From IMG/VR virus record IMGVR_UViG_3300031760_004528, positions 1 to 24,480 of that record: 24,480 bases of DNA; one strand, given 5' to 3'. Made by a program: the position numbers and the translations under genes. Each line of letters opens with the position of its first letter. The stretch's first letter is position 1. Of this stretch, positions 15,082-23,785 are shown piece by piece. Below the pieces are notes generated by a model, which saw nothing but the letters and a program-made list of their open reading frames with translations, made no database searches and was not told the origin of the DNA. The stretch comes from a virus.

Positions 15082-15143
15082 AATTTCACTCTCCTTGCGA
15101 ATACGAAGATTAATGGTATGGCAGTACCAGTTTCAATCTTCGT

Positions 15144-15182
15144 TGATAATACTTTTAAGCAAAGTAGTATATAAAGGTTTGT
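15144..15182 (-). promoter_or_regulatory. Archaeal promoter for the leftward early transcript
   Basis: Minus-strand TTTATATA (15175-15168) preceded by the A-rich BRE-like ACAAACC; 15-bp block identical to 16904-16918. Confidence 0.7.
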
Positions 15183-15199
15183 GCAATGCATTATAGTAA

Positions 15200-15215
15200 T
15201 ACAATATATATTGTA
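15200..15215. promoter_or_regulatory. Perfect 16-bp palindrome in the divergent promoter region (candidate operator)
   Basis: TACAATATATATTGTA. Confidence 0.6.
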
Positions 15216-15297
15216 GTATATAATACAATTTTCTATTTATCCGATATGGAAATCATTAAAAGCAACAATAAATAAAATAGTATATGGTGATTAAATT

Positions 15298-15468
15298 ATG
15301 AGTAAGGAAATATCAATGTTGAATGTGAGGATCAATAATGATTTGAAGAAGAAGTTGAAATTAATAGCAGTTTATGAAGATACAACTGTTAGTGATATTG
15401 TCATCGGTTTCCTTGAGTATGGTGTCAAGGTGTATAATGATGAGCAAAGACTTATTAATAAAAAATAA
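15298..15468 (+). CDS. Ribbon-helix-helix (CopG/Arc-like) transcription regulator, 56 aa; not in the ORF track
   Basis: Manual translation MSKEISMLNVRINNDLKKKLKLIAVYEDTTVSDIVIGFLEYG...; alternating beta strand then two helices with a TVSDIV turn; GGTGA RBS; only supported plus-strand gene. Confidence 0.85.
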   Translation: MSKEISMLNVRINNDLKKKLKLIAVYEDTTVSDIVIGFLEYGVKVYNDEQRLINKK

Positions 15469-15543
15469 TATATTATTATAAGTGCAATCGGATTATATTA
15501 TTTCACCTCTCCTTGCGAAATACTATTTTTTGTGTTGCATATT

Positions 15544-15580
15544 GGTGAGTTGCAATGGCAGTTGCATCTCACCTTTTTTT
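15544..15580 (+). terminator. Stem-loop plus T7 terminator downstream of the RHH gene
   Basis: GGTGAG.TGCAA / TTGCA.CTCACC followed by TTTTTTT. Confidence 0.6.
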
Positions 15581-15687
15581 ATTCTGTTTTTATGAGTATT
15601 TAAAAAAAGTATTAGAGAGCATTTGAAAACTAAAATTATAACGATTGTTATATTATGTGTTAAAAAAAAGAGAAGAGAATGTTGATG

Positions 15688-16782
15688 TTATAATTCTTCA
15701 ACATTCACATCAAATACTTGAACCAATTCCAACAACTTGTCGATTTTGTGTTCGTTCCTTTCAAATTCTCTTCGTTGTTGATTAATAACACTTGATTCGT
15801 GATTGATAAGTACATTATTCATTGCATTTATGTACTTATGTTTCAATTCTACTGGGTTCTTCTTCAAGTATGTTTCCCTTATCTTTCCTCTTGATCTTCC
15901 TTGAATGAAATCTATCTCTTCTTCGGATAAAGCATTTTCGCCATTGCATAGTTGAGTAGCATTAAACTTTCTCAACATATGTGAGCGAAACCGATTATAA
16001 TTGTTTACTCTGCCCAGTCCAAGCACATCGTTTATTCTACCCATCAATGTGTTCACATAGTTTGGGCTTACCTTGAAAAGTTTGCTTTCGCAGTTTATAT
16101 CTCTATTCTCATTCAAGAGCATTTTCACTATTTCGTGAACTGCTTCGGCAGTACAAAAGGTATAATAAAACTCATTCACCTTTTGCCTTTTCATTCTAAA
16201 GGTAGGGATTATCATTTCCTCTGATGAGTAAATGCTTATCAACATTTCGTGGATAGATTTGTTTGGATCATACTTGCCAGTTGCCTCAAGGAATTGTCCT
16301 ACAGTTAGACTTAAGACTTCGGCTTTACCCATCCCACTACTGCATTGGAGTAGGATAAATGCTCTCATCATTAGACTACTGAAATCTAATGCCTCACGAA
16401 TTATAGTCTTGGTGGGAATGTCCTCATAAGCGATTGGAGATTCTTTCCTAATGTTCTTTTCAGACAAGTATGGTAATGTTGGGAGTTCTATCTCAAAGTG
16501 TCTGTAAAAAGTCTTTACTTGATTGACTTTATTTACAATTGTATTCTTTGAGTCGGTTTCAATTATTGTAGTTCTGAAGTTTACAAGTCTTTTTTTCAGA
16601 GTCCTTTTCTTCATTCGGACTCCTTGCTCTTCTTCAGAATCGGCTTCTTCAAGCAATTGGTCTAATGTCATACCATTAAATTCACAGTATTGGCGAAGAG
16701 TAGCCTTATACTGTTTGATGGTTGCTTGGGAGAGGTTTCTCTCCTCTATAAACTGTTGGAATTTCTTACTGTTTTCTACCAT
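15688..16782 (-). CDS. int: Tyrosine recombinase/integrase
   Basis: N-terminal SAM-like core-binding segment (ATIKQY...Y), SSGMGKAEV, HMLRKF (HxxR), IQGR...RETY; AAGGTGA RBS supports the MVENS start. Confidence 0.9.
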   Translation of the reverse strand: MVENSKKFQQFIEERNLSQATIKQYKATLRQYCEFNGMTLDQLLEEADSEEEQGVRMKKRTLKKRLVNFRTTIIETDSKNTIVNKVNQVKTFYRHFEIELPTLPYLSEKNIRKESPIAYEDIPTKTIIREALDFSSLMMRAFILLQCSSGMGKAEVLSLTVGQFLEATGKYDPNKSIHEMLISIYSSEEMIIPTFRMKRQKVNEFYYTFCTAEAVHEIVKMLLNENRDINCESKLFKVSPNYVNTLMGRINDVLGLGRVNNYNRFRSHMLRKFNATQLCNGENALSEEEIDFIQGRSRGKIRETYLKKNPVELKHKYINAMNNVLINHESSVINQQRREFERNEHKIDKLLELVQVFDVNVEEL

Positions 16783-16879
16783 ATATATCACCTTAATAGG
16801 TTACTCTTTTAAGGTGCTACAATATATCGTGGGATTGTAATAATATCTACTACGATATATTCGCTTAAAAAAAGTAATC

Positions 16880-16918
16880 TGATAATACTATTTATTATAT
16901 TTTGTAGTATATAAAGGT
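16880..16918 (-). promoter_or_regulatory. Archaeal promoter for the integrase
   Basis: Minus-strand TTTATATA (16915-16908); GTAGTATATAAAGGT and TGATAATACT both shared with the promoter at 15144-15178. Confidence 0.65.
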
Positions 16919-16980
16919 GATGTTATTACGAATATTGGAAAAAGTATTACTTATGGTTTAAAAAAAGATAAGCCAAACCT

Positions 16981-17667
16981 TTATAATGGTTTGACTTGAT
17001 AGAAATAGATTTGTCTGCCATTTGTTGCTTTTATTATTTGATTTGCATTGCAAGTCTTGTAACCCCTACTTGGATCATAGACTTTAAACTTGTAATCTCC
17101 AGTTACATTGTAGATTGAAATCCAATGCCCATAATTTTTTTGATATGAAAGGCAAGTTGGTTTGGTGTTTCCACCAGTTTCTATATGGGCTATAACCCCA
17201 TATCCTTTGCTTATTGCACTTTTTACTGCATTGAATGTTCGGTTTATCTTTTCTACTTTCATTCCAAGTTTTTCTGCACCTTTGATAAGGTTACTTGGTG
17301 TTGTACCATTAGTGGTTGTGTTACAAGCAGTTCTGCATTGTTTTTCAGTTTTGTAGGTTAGGATTTGTGTACTGGCATTTGCAAGACTTGTTGATCCACA
17401 AGTCCAACCATTGGGTTGCTCTTGACCTACAAAGCCAGTATTAGAGTCATATAAGTATGAGCAATAATTTGGAAGCCTTGAATGATGAATAAAGAATTTT
17501 GCTTGGTTGTCGAATAGTCCACAATATTGTTTTTGTTTCATTGTGTAGGTTTTGCTATTCATTGCTTTCATTCGTAGTTCTTTTGGTTGCCCTTTACCAC
17601 TTTTTACTGAACTTTTTACTGTTTTCATTGCTTTTTGCATTTCATCTTTACTGAATCTTATTGTCAT
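16981..17667 (-). CDS. Peptidase C39-like endolysin (PeiR-like pseudomurein endoisopeptidase)
   Basis: QEQPNGWTCGSTS (Q...C), GHWISI (H), VYDPS (D); last gene of the late module. Confidence 0.8.
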   Translation of the reverse strand: MTIRFSKDEMQKAMKTVKSSVKSGKGQPKELRMKAMNSKTYTMKQKQYCGLFDNQAKFFIHHSRLPNYCSYLYDSNTGFVGQEQPNGWTCGSTSLANASTQILTYKTEKQCRTACNTTTNGTTPSNLIKGAEKLGMKVEKINRTFNAVKSAISKGYGVIAHIETGGNTKPTCLSYQKNYGHWISIYNVTGDYKFKVYDPSRGYKTCNANQIIKATNGRQIYFYQVKPL

Positions 17668-17684
17668 TGTCTTTTATCTCCTTT

Positions 17685-18281
17685 TTAGTAGTGCCATTCG
17701 TGTGTAAATGCTAAATTATAGTCAGTTACTGTATTTCCAAGATTTGTTATACCATAACTTCCATTGTTCCATAACCAAAACAAGAAAGTTGTATTTCTCA
17801 TTATCAAAGAGTAACAATTACTCTTCGGATAATACTTTGATGGAATAACAAAATCGCTATACCCACTAAAACTTTGTCCATTTGTAATAGTTACACCAGT
17901 CCGATGGGCTTCTATTCTGCAACATCTTGTAGTTTCATCTACCATTAAAGTATATGTTGTGTTTTCTGCTATCTTCTTGAAACCACTCACATAAACTTCT
18001 ATTGTTTGGTTTTCAACTTTTAGTTCTTGAGTTCCCCAGTTGCTCATTGTGAGAGTCCAAGTTGCTATTCCATTTGCATTTGTAGTTTGTGTTCCTTGAC
18101 TTAATCCATTCTGAAATAGTTCAAGTTCTTTATTGGCGATTGGGTTTCCCCTTACATTTCTGCAAGTGCAAGTTATTGTGATTGTAGTATCGATTGTTGG
18201 GTTGTAATTGCTTGAAGTTAATTCGTATTGATAATAAGCATTTTGCAGTATGTCCTTTAAAGGCACTTTGAATTTCACCAT
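17685..18281 (-). CDS. Ig-like domain adhesin / receptor-binding protein
   Basis: Bacterial Ig (Big_1)-like segment ITITCTCRNVRGNPIANKEL...TTNANGIAT; C-terminal beta domain ending WHY; start refined to MVKFK. Confidence 0.7.
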   Translation of the reverse strand: MVKFKVPLKDILQNAYYQYELTSSNYNPTIDTTITITCTCRNVRGNPIANKELELFQNGLSQGTQTTNANGIATWTLTMSNWGTQELKVENQTIEVYVSGFKKIAENTTYTLMVDETTRCCRIEAHRTGVTITNGQSFSGYSDFVIPSKYYPKSNCYSLIMRNTTFLFWLWNNGSYGITNLGNTVTDYNLAFTHEWHY

Positions 18282-18301
18282 ATTTATCACTCCATTCTCA
18301 T

Positions 18302-20362
18302 TCAATAATGCCAAAAGGCACTCATATTGATTGTTTTTGTTCCAGTTGAACTTGTTGTTGAAAGTATATCTCCATTAGTAGTTACTGCTCCTATGATACT
18401 TACTTGATATACTGCACAAATAATAGTCTGTTTCGGTCTGTAAGCACTTGGTATTGCACCACTATAAAGAGTTACTTCGCTTGTATTATTGAATTTATAA
18501 TTTGTTCTAAAATACCTAAACTCACAGAGTCTTAATGCAGTATTCACATAGAGAGTTCCATAGGTGGCGATTGTCTGTGAAGTCCAAGTTGATACATCTT
18601 GATGTTGAGTAAGGTAAGTATTTGTGTCTATGCTCCCATCATTCTTAATAAGTCCAGTTGTACTGCTTGTTTCAATGAAATCACTATCATTAGTTAAATC
18701 AGATATTGTAGTAGGGATATTCGGTTTATTGCTTAAATCATTATAACTACCACTTGTAGCAACAGTTGAAAGATTACTTGTATCTGCTTTATTATTCAAT
18801 GCACCAGTAATTACCTTGTTTTGTACTGGGTTCTCTGATGTAGTGGATAATACACTATCAACAGTTACACTTCCCCCACCTTGAATTGAAATATTTCCAC
18901 TTCCAAGCAATGAAGTGTTATTAATAGTTTTTATGTTAGTTCCACTCACTAATGTGGCTTGTTTACCATTCAAAGCAGTATCCACTTCTGACTCTGTATA
19001 ATATCGGTCATCGTGATTATGAGTTGGTAAACTTGACAAATACTGGGTAGTATCTACTGTTCCATCATTTTTTAGCAAACCAGTTGTACTGCTCTTTTGA
19101 ACATAATTGCTTAAAGATGAAGAAGTCAAGTAACTGTTAGTATCCACCGAACCATCATTCTTTAAGAGTCCACTTGTAGCTGATTTCTTCACCAAATCAG
19201 AACCATCAGACAAATCAGATGAAGAAGATGGGATAGATGGCTTATCAATCAAATCATCATAATCACCAGTAGTAGCAACAGTTGAAAGACTATTCACATC
19301 TGCTTTACTATTTAATGCAGTATCTATTTCACTTTCAGTATAATATCTATCATCGTGGTTATGAGATGATGGTGGATAATCAGATGGCTTATTCTGAATA
19401 TCAGACCAATCAACACTACCCCCACCACTATTAATCTTGCTATCAATCGCAATGTTGATTTCGTGTTGAGTAGCATTTTCACTTGTTTCCAAATTGCTTA
19501 ATGCAGATGATTCTGTAATCATACCAGTCTGATGAGATGATGGATGAACATAATAATTCGCATTAGTTTCAACAGTACCAAGTTTAGTTTTTTCAGTCAA
19601 AGTATAATCATTTGAAGATAAACCCTTACCAACTTCTACATTGACTTTTGTAGCAAGTTTATTATCAATTTCAGTTTTTGAGTAAGTGTCAATATCTCCA
19701 CCACTATGATCCATACCTTTACCACTTGCATCACCACCAATCTGCAATACCAAATCTCCATCTTCATCACGATAAAAATCAACATAAGGTTCAAGTCGGT
19801 TGATTACACTATCTGATTGAGTCAATAATTTATTCTGATATTTGAATTGTATCTGAACATTGCTTAATTTTATAGTTGCATTTGATTTATTACCATTGAA
19901 GTTAATTCCTACCTTGAATCCTTGCTCACTTATTGAAGTATTTACAACATTGCTACTAAAATTGAATAATGAGCAGTCCACATCTATATGTCCTTGTGTA
20001 GTTAGGATGTTTTCGACTAACATATAATTAGTCATCTCCATACAAGTCAAACTAATATTGCTCAAGATAGGGTAATTCACACTAACATTAGAAACTTGAT
20101 AATCAAATGAAACTATAACATTAGTAATATCCTTTTGAGCCAACTTGACAAGTGGTGATGATAAGAAGATAAGACTATCTTGCTCTGCAAGGTTCAGTTT
20201 TACAATGTTACTACCTTGCTTAAACCAATTATTACCCACAAAACTTGTCGGCTCAAAAATGTAAGGATTATCTGCAATATTCTCTTCATCAATAGCAAGA
20301 GTCAATCTATCATCTAAAGTTGTATCTATATCTCTTCTTTGCGATTGGTCTACATTCAACAT
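18302..20362 (-). CDS. Tail fibre / adhesin with internal repeats
   Basis: Repeated HNHDDRYYTESE.DTALN.K, LSTVAT.G.Y.DL..KP.IP and GL(L/I)KNDG.(V/I)DT..YL modules; 18-bp exact DNA repeat at 18756-18773 and 19272-19289; C-terminal beta domain ending WHY. Confidence 0.75.
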   Translation of the reverse strand: MLNVDQSQRRDIDTTLDDRLTLAIDEENIADNPYIFEPTSFVGNNWFKQGSNIVKLNLAEQDSLIFLSSPLVKLAQKDITNVIVSFDYQVSNVSVNYPILSNISLTCMEMTNYMLVENILTTQGHIDVDCSLFNFSSNVVNTSISEQGFKVGINFNGNKSNATIKLSNVQIQFKYQNKLLTQSDSVINRLEPYVDFYRDEDGDLVLQIGGDASGKGMDHSGGDIDTYSKTEIDNKLATKVNVEVGKGLSSNDYTLTEKTKLGTVETNANYYVHPSSHQTGMITESSALSNLETSENATQHEINIAIDSKINSGGGSVDWSDIQNKPSDYPPSSHNHDDRYYTESEIDTALNSKADVNSLSTVATTGDYDDLIDKPSIPSSSSDLSDGSDLVKKSATSGLLKNDGSVDTNSYLTSSSLSNYVQKSSTTGLLKNDGTVDTTQYLSSLPTHNHDDRYYTESEVDTALNGKQATLVSGTNIKTINNTSLLGSGNISIQGGGSVTVDSVLSTTSENPVQNKVITGALNNKADTSNLSTVATSGSYNDLSNKPNIPTTISDLTNDSDFIETSSTTGLIKNDGSIDTNTYLTQHQDVSTWTSQTIATYGTLYVNTALRLCEFRYFRTNYKFNNTSEVTLYSGAIPSAYRPKQTIICAVYQVSIIGAVTTNGDILSTTSSTGTKTINMSAFWHY

Positions 20363-20363
20363 T

Positions 20364-22088
20364 TTAGTTCACCCATACATAATTATCATCAAACTTGTCA
20401 TCATAGGTTACTGGTTCGTTCAAGTCTAACTGTTCTCTGACAAGTTTCTTTCTTTGCTCTGCAAGATTATTCTTAACCTTTAATGGTGCATCGATTTCAC
20501 CAAGACCAAACTCTGTCTGTATCATCGGTCTGTCTGTAACATCAATATTGATTTTCCTTGAAGCCACTTGATATTCATTAGTTAATAGTGGATTAACAGT
20601 TTTTGTTTCAACCCAATCATTAATACCAACTGGTGGAAGCCCTACACTTTTAACTGTAAAAGTGGTGAGTGGTTGGAAATATTTCATCAAATTATCATAT
20701 GATTTCTGATTCGCTTCCTTACTACCAGTTTCAGTAGATAAGTTCTCAACTTTCATCTGCTCACCAAATCTCATAATCTCACCAAGTTTACTCTTTTTGG
20801 CATAATTGTAAGTCATAGTTGGGTCATTCTCTTTCAGTTTACTCTTAAAGATTGTAACTGAACTATTAACCAATTGGCTTGTCGGTGCATATTTCACATT
20901 ACTGATGCCAATAATGTTACCATCATATCCCTCATTGAAAGTATACTTAATGTCCTTTACATCATCAGAACCATCAGTAAAGTTTATGTAATCGCCATTT
21001 CTCCATTTATTATATTTTATGCTAAAATCGTAGCCACTTTTCTCCAAGATAGTTTTCATACCATCAAGGATTGTTTTACCACTTACACCAAGCGATTCCA
21101 TCTTTGCAACTTCACCACTAAAGACTCCCAAGTCATAAAGTAGCATCTTGTAACTTGAATTATCCTTATTATCATATGCTTTGCTTTCATCTTCTTCAGT
21201 ATCAATGTCATCAATCACATCTTGGAAATCACGAAGAAATGTTACTCTCTTCAAGTAATACTTATTCGTGGATGTTTGTGCATAATCCATTTCGGCAGTC
21301 TTAATTTTATCAAGTATGTCTATTTCGTGAATATACTTTTTATTATTCTGCCAAATAATACCGAAATCATTATCAAACTTATTACCTACACTTGGGGCTT
21401 CGCTACTCCAATCAACATAGATAGTCTTAACAGTACCATTTCGCTTATTAACTGTATAATCAATCTTCAAGTATGCCTCAAAAGGATTATCCTTATCAAA
21501 TCCCCAAGTTCGTGTGTAAGAATTGGTTATTTCCTTTTCACCAGTTTGGTTACTACCACCAAGATCCAGTCCACTACCATTAAATTGTTGGTTTCTAATC
21601 TTGTTTACAATTGCAGTTGTAGTTCCATCTTCTATCCAAGTTACATTGTGATTTTTCAAGTAATTTGATGGGTTTTTGATTCCAGTAAAGTTTTTAACTT
21701 TCCTACTGAAGTTGTCATCGTGTGCTATGCCCAGTTTTTTGATAGAAGCGATGTCTGAAGCCCTACCTTCGGGTTTTGAAACGAATATGAACATTAAACT
21801 TGCTTTCTTCAACTGGTCATTCTTGAACCAATCTCCAAAGCCAGTATAACCAGTTAAATCGGCAATAGTACCTGCACAAGCCCCACCAAAGACACAGACC
21901 CACACATCGTTCTTCTTTGTGCAACCATAACTTTTGGGTTTGGTGTGCATATTACTACCTACTGCTCCGACAACTGCTTTATGCCCAATGCTTGTAAATG
22001 CTTTTGCGATGGCTTGTATCCTTGCCTTATCCTTTGCTTTTGTCTGAATATTGTCTGATACAATATAGAATGTTTTCTTTGTAGCCAT
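20364..22088 (-). CDS. Tail/baseplate hub-like protein with N-terminal extra domain
   Basis: C-terminal region has hub-like features (...VGLPPVGINDWV...EYQVASRKI...TEFGLG); distinct N-terminal basic domain with SDNI and GGACAGT; tail-module context. Confidence 0.6.
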   Translation of the reverse strand: MATKKTFYIVSDNIQTKAKDKARIQAIAKAFTSIGHKAVVGAVGSNMHTKPKSYGCTKKNDVWVCVFGGACAGTIADLTGYTGFGDWFKNDQLKKASLMFIFVSKPEGRASDIASIKKLGIAHDDNFSRKVKNFTGIKNPSNYLKNHNVTWIEDGTTTAIVNKIRNQQFNGSGLDLGGSNQTGEKEITNSYTRTWGFDKDNPFEAYLKIDYTVNKRNGTVKTIYVDWSSEAPSVGNKFDNDFGIIWQNNKKYIHEIDILDKIKTAEMDYAQTSTNKYYLKRVTFLRDFQDVIDDIDTEEDESKAYDNKDNSSYKMLLYDLGVFSGEVAKMESLGVSGKTILDGMKTILEKSGYDFSIKYNKWRNGDYINFTDGSDDVKDIKYTFNEGYDGNIIGISNVKYAPTSQLVNSSVTIFKSKLKENDPTMTYNYAKKSKLGEIMRFGEQMKVENLSTETGSKEANQKSYDNLMKYFQPLTTFTVKSVGLPPVGINDWVETKTVNPLLTNEYQVASRKINIDVTDRPMIQTEFGLGEIDAPLKVKNNLAEQRKKLVREQLDLNEPVTYDDKFDDNYVWVN

Positions 22089-22105
22089 TGTATTAATCTC
22101 TCCTT

Positions 22106-23782
22106 TTAGAATGGTTTGTTTGGGAAATCAGTTATCTTAATAGGTGAACCATATGTTTTAATGTAATTTCCATACCCATTTCGTGTAGTAGGGTCTAAAT
22201 ATTTGCCATTTACCTTTGCAAACACATGACCACCCTTTGAATTGTGAGAGTGGCAATATTTAAGGTCTGTTACTCCTTTAGCATTTAATAAGTTGAGTAA
22301 CACTTCTGTTTGGCAACAACAATTGCCTTTTTTACTGCTCCAAGTCTTTTCGGCACTTTGATAGAAATCTTTACGATATACATATTTGATTTTTGAGTAG
22401 CAGTATTGCCATATTGGTTTGATTGCACTATTACCAGTAGCCGAAGTTATGCTATTTGCTCTTTTAATCCAAGTTGATTTGGCTTGTGTACTGCCTTGAA
22501 CAGTAACAGTCTTTGTTTCTTCAACCTTTTCTTCCCATTTCTCAACACCTAATCCATAGTTGAAATAAAGGTTCGGATAAGTGTTTAACAATACTGTATC
22601 ATTATTAACACTATCATCATAGATAACAAGACTCTGTGGTTTCAAGGTATCTGCACCATTACGAATAGCAATGTTAGTCTTATTTACAGTAACCCCCATA
22701 TTGCTCTTTGTCAATTTAGTGTAACCATCAGTCTTGTAAGTGGCTAATTTCCTACCAGTTCTGTCTACTAATGAATCACCTATTTTCAAGTTAGAGTTCA
22801 AGTAGATTTCACTATTATTCAACAAGAATCGTAATGGGTCTGAATAATTATTGTAGTTCTTTTTCAAGTCTGCATAATTATTATAATTTGCATTTTCATC
22901 AGAAGCATAATTGTTTATAGTAATTTCACTTAAGCAGTATCTTCTGTCAAGGTCGATGAGTCTGTCTGCACATTCCATCGTAACCTTTGTCAAATCATCA
23001 TCAACTTCTACTGTACTGATGTAACCACCGAAAACTTGTTGAGTATTACCATTTGTATCCTTGACATATAAGTTGATTTCATCACGATAATCAAAGATTA
23101 ATCCACTACGATTTGCATTTGAGTCTGTGGGTTCTAATAATTCATCTAATTCGTGATAATACATAAACTCACAAGTCATAGTGTTGATTTGCAAATCCTT
23201 TGTATGTTCAACTGTTGCTTTTATCATAGTGAGTTTATCATTCTTATTGTTGTGTCTTTTGGCTTCCCATATTTCGTATTTCTTTACTGCAAGACCTATG
23301 AAGATGGTGTTTGATGAGAGAACATATTCTATAATGTTCTCTCCTTTATTTAGTGTGCAGTATTGGTAACTTCTACTGAAATTCACATCAGTTCCAATCA
23401 TTGGCATACTGTTCTTTACTGTTTCACCATTGATTTTAATGGTAGCACTTTGTTTCATTGTTAGCACTACCTTACTGGTTGGTGTTTCTTTATGAGTGTT
23501 TGCAAACAGTAATTCCAACCTATAATTTGGGCTTGTTTCCTTTGCATTGTATAACACTTTAATATGCAATTGACTCTTGTCTTTGCTTTGATAACACCAC
23601 ATTCCATTCCATACTACCTTGTTACCATTCGTTTCGTTGATATTATTGTTATAGACAGTATAATGCTTTTCAAAAGTCTTATCATATCGGAAGATTTGGC
23701 AAGTGAAGTCATCTTCATCGTATCTAATCCGATGGGTTTTGTTTGCATTGAAGTTTCTTGTGATGTGTCTACTAAATGCCAT
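22106..23782 (-). CDS. Tail/baseplate hub-like protein fused to a C-terminal transglutaminase-like (C71/Pei-type) cysteine peptidase
   Basis: VFGGYISTVEVDD...TMECADRL hub-like motif; C-terminal GNCCCQ, GGHVFAKV and YLDPT give a Cys-His-Asp triad order. Confidence 0.75.
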   Translation of the reverse strand: MAFSRHITRNFNANKTHRIRYDEDDFTCQIFRYDKTFEKHYTVYNNNINETNGNKVVWNGMWCYQSKDKSQLHIKVLYNAKETSPNYRLELLFANTHKETPTSKVVLTMKQSATIKINGETVKNSMPMIGTDVNFSRSYQYCTLNKGENIIEYVLSSNTIFIGLAVKKYEIWEAKRHNNKNDKLTMIKATVEHTKDLQINTMTCEFMYYHELDELLEPTDSNANRSGLIFDYRDEINLYVKDTNGNTQQVFGGYISTVEVDDDLTKVTMECADRLIDLDRRYCLSEITINNYASDENANYNNYADLKKNYNNYSDPLRFLLNNSEIYLNSNLKIGDSLVDRTGRKLATYKTDGYTKLTKSNMGVTVNKTNIAIRNGADTLKPQSLVIYDDSVNNDTVLLNTYPNLYFNYGLGVEKWEEKVEETKTVTVQGSTQAKSTWIKRANSITSATGNSAIKPIWQYCYSKIKYVYRKDFYQSAEKTWSSKKGNCCCQTEVLLNLLNAKGVTDLKYCHSHNSKGGHVFAKVNGKYLDPTTRNGYGNYIKTYGSPIKITDFPNKPF

Positions 23783-23785
23783 TGT

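Noticed and set aside
13900-15150. CRISPR mini-array or TIGR array
   Set aside because: No regularly spaced direct repeats or ~36-nt periodicity, and no Cas or Nop-domain gene in the window.
17685-20362. Diversity-generating retroelement
   Set aside because: No reverse transcriptase, accessory gene, or template/variable repeat pair differing at adenines is visible in the window.
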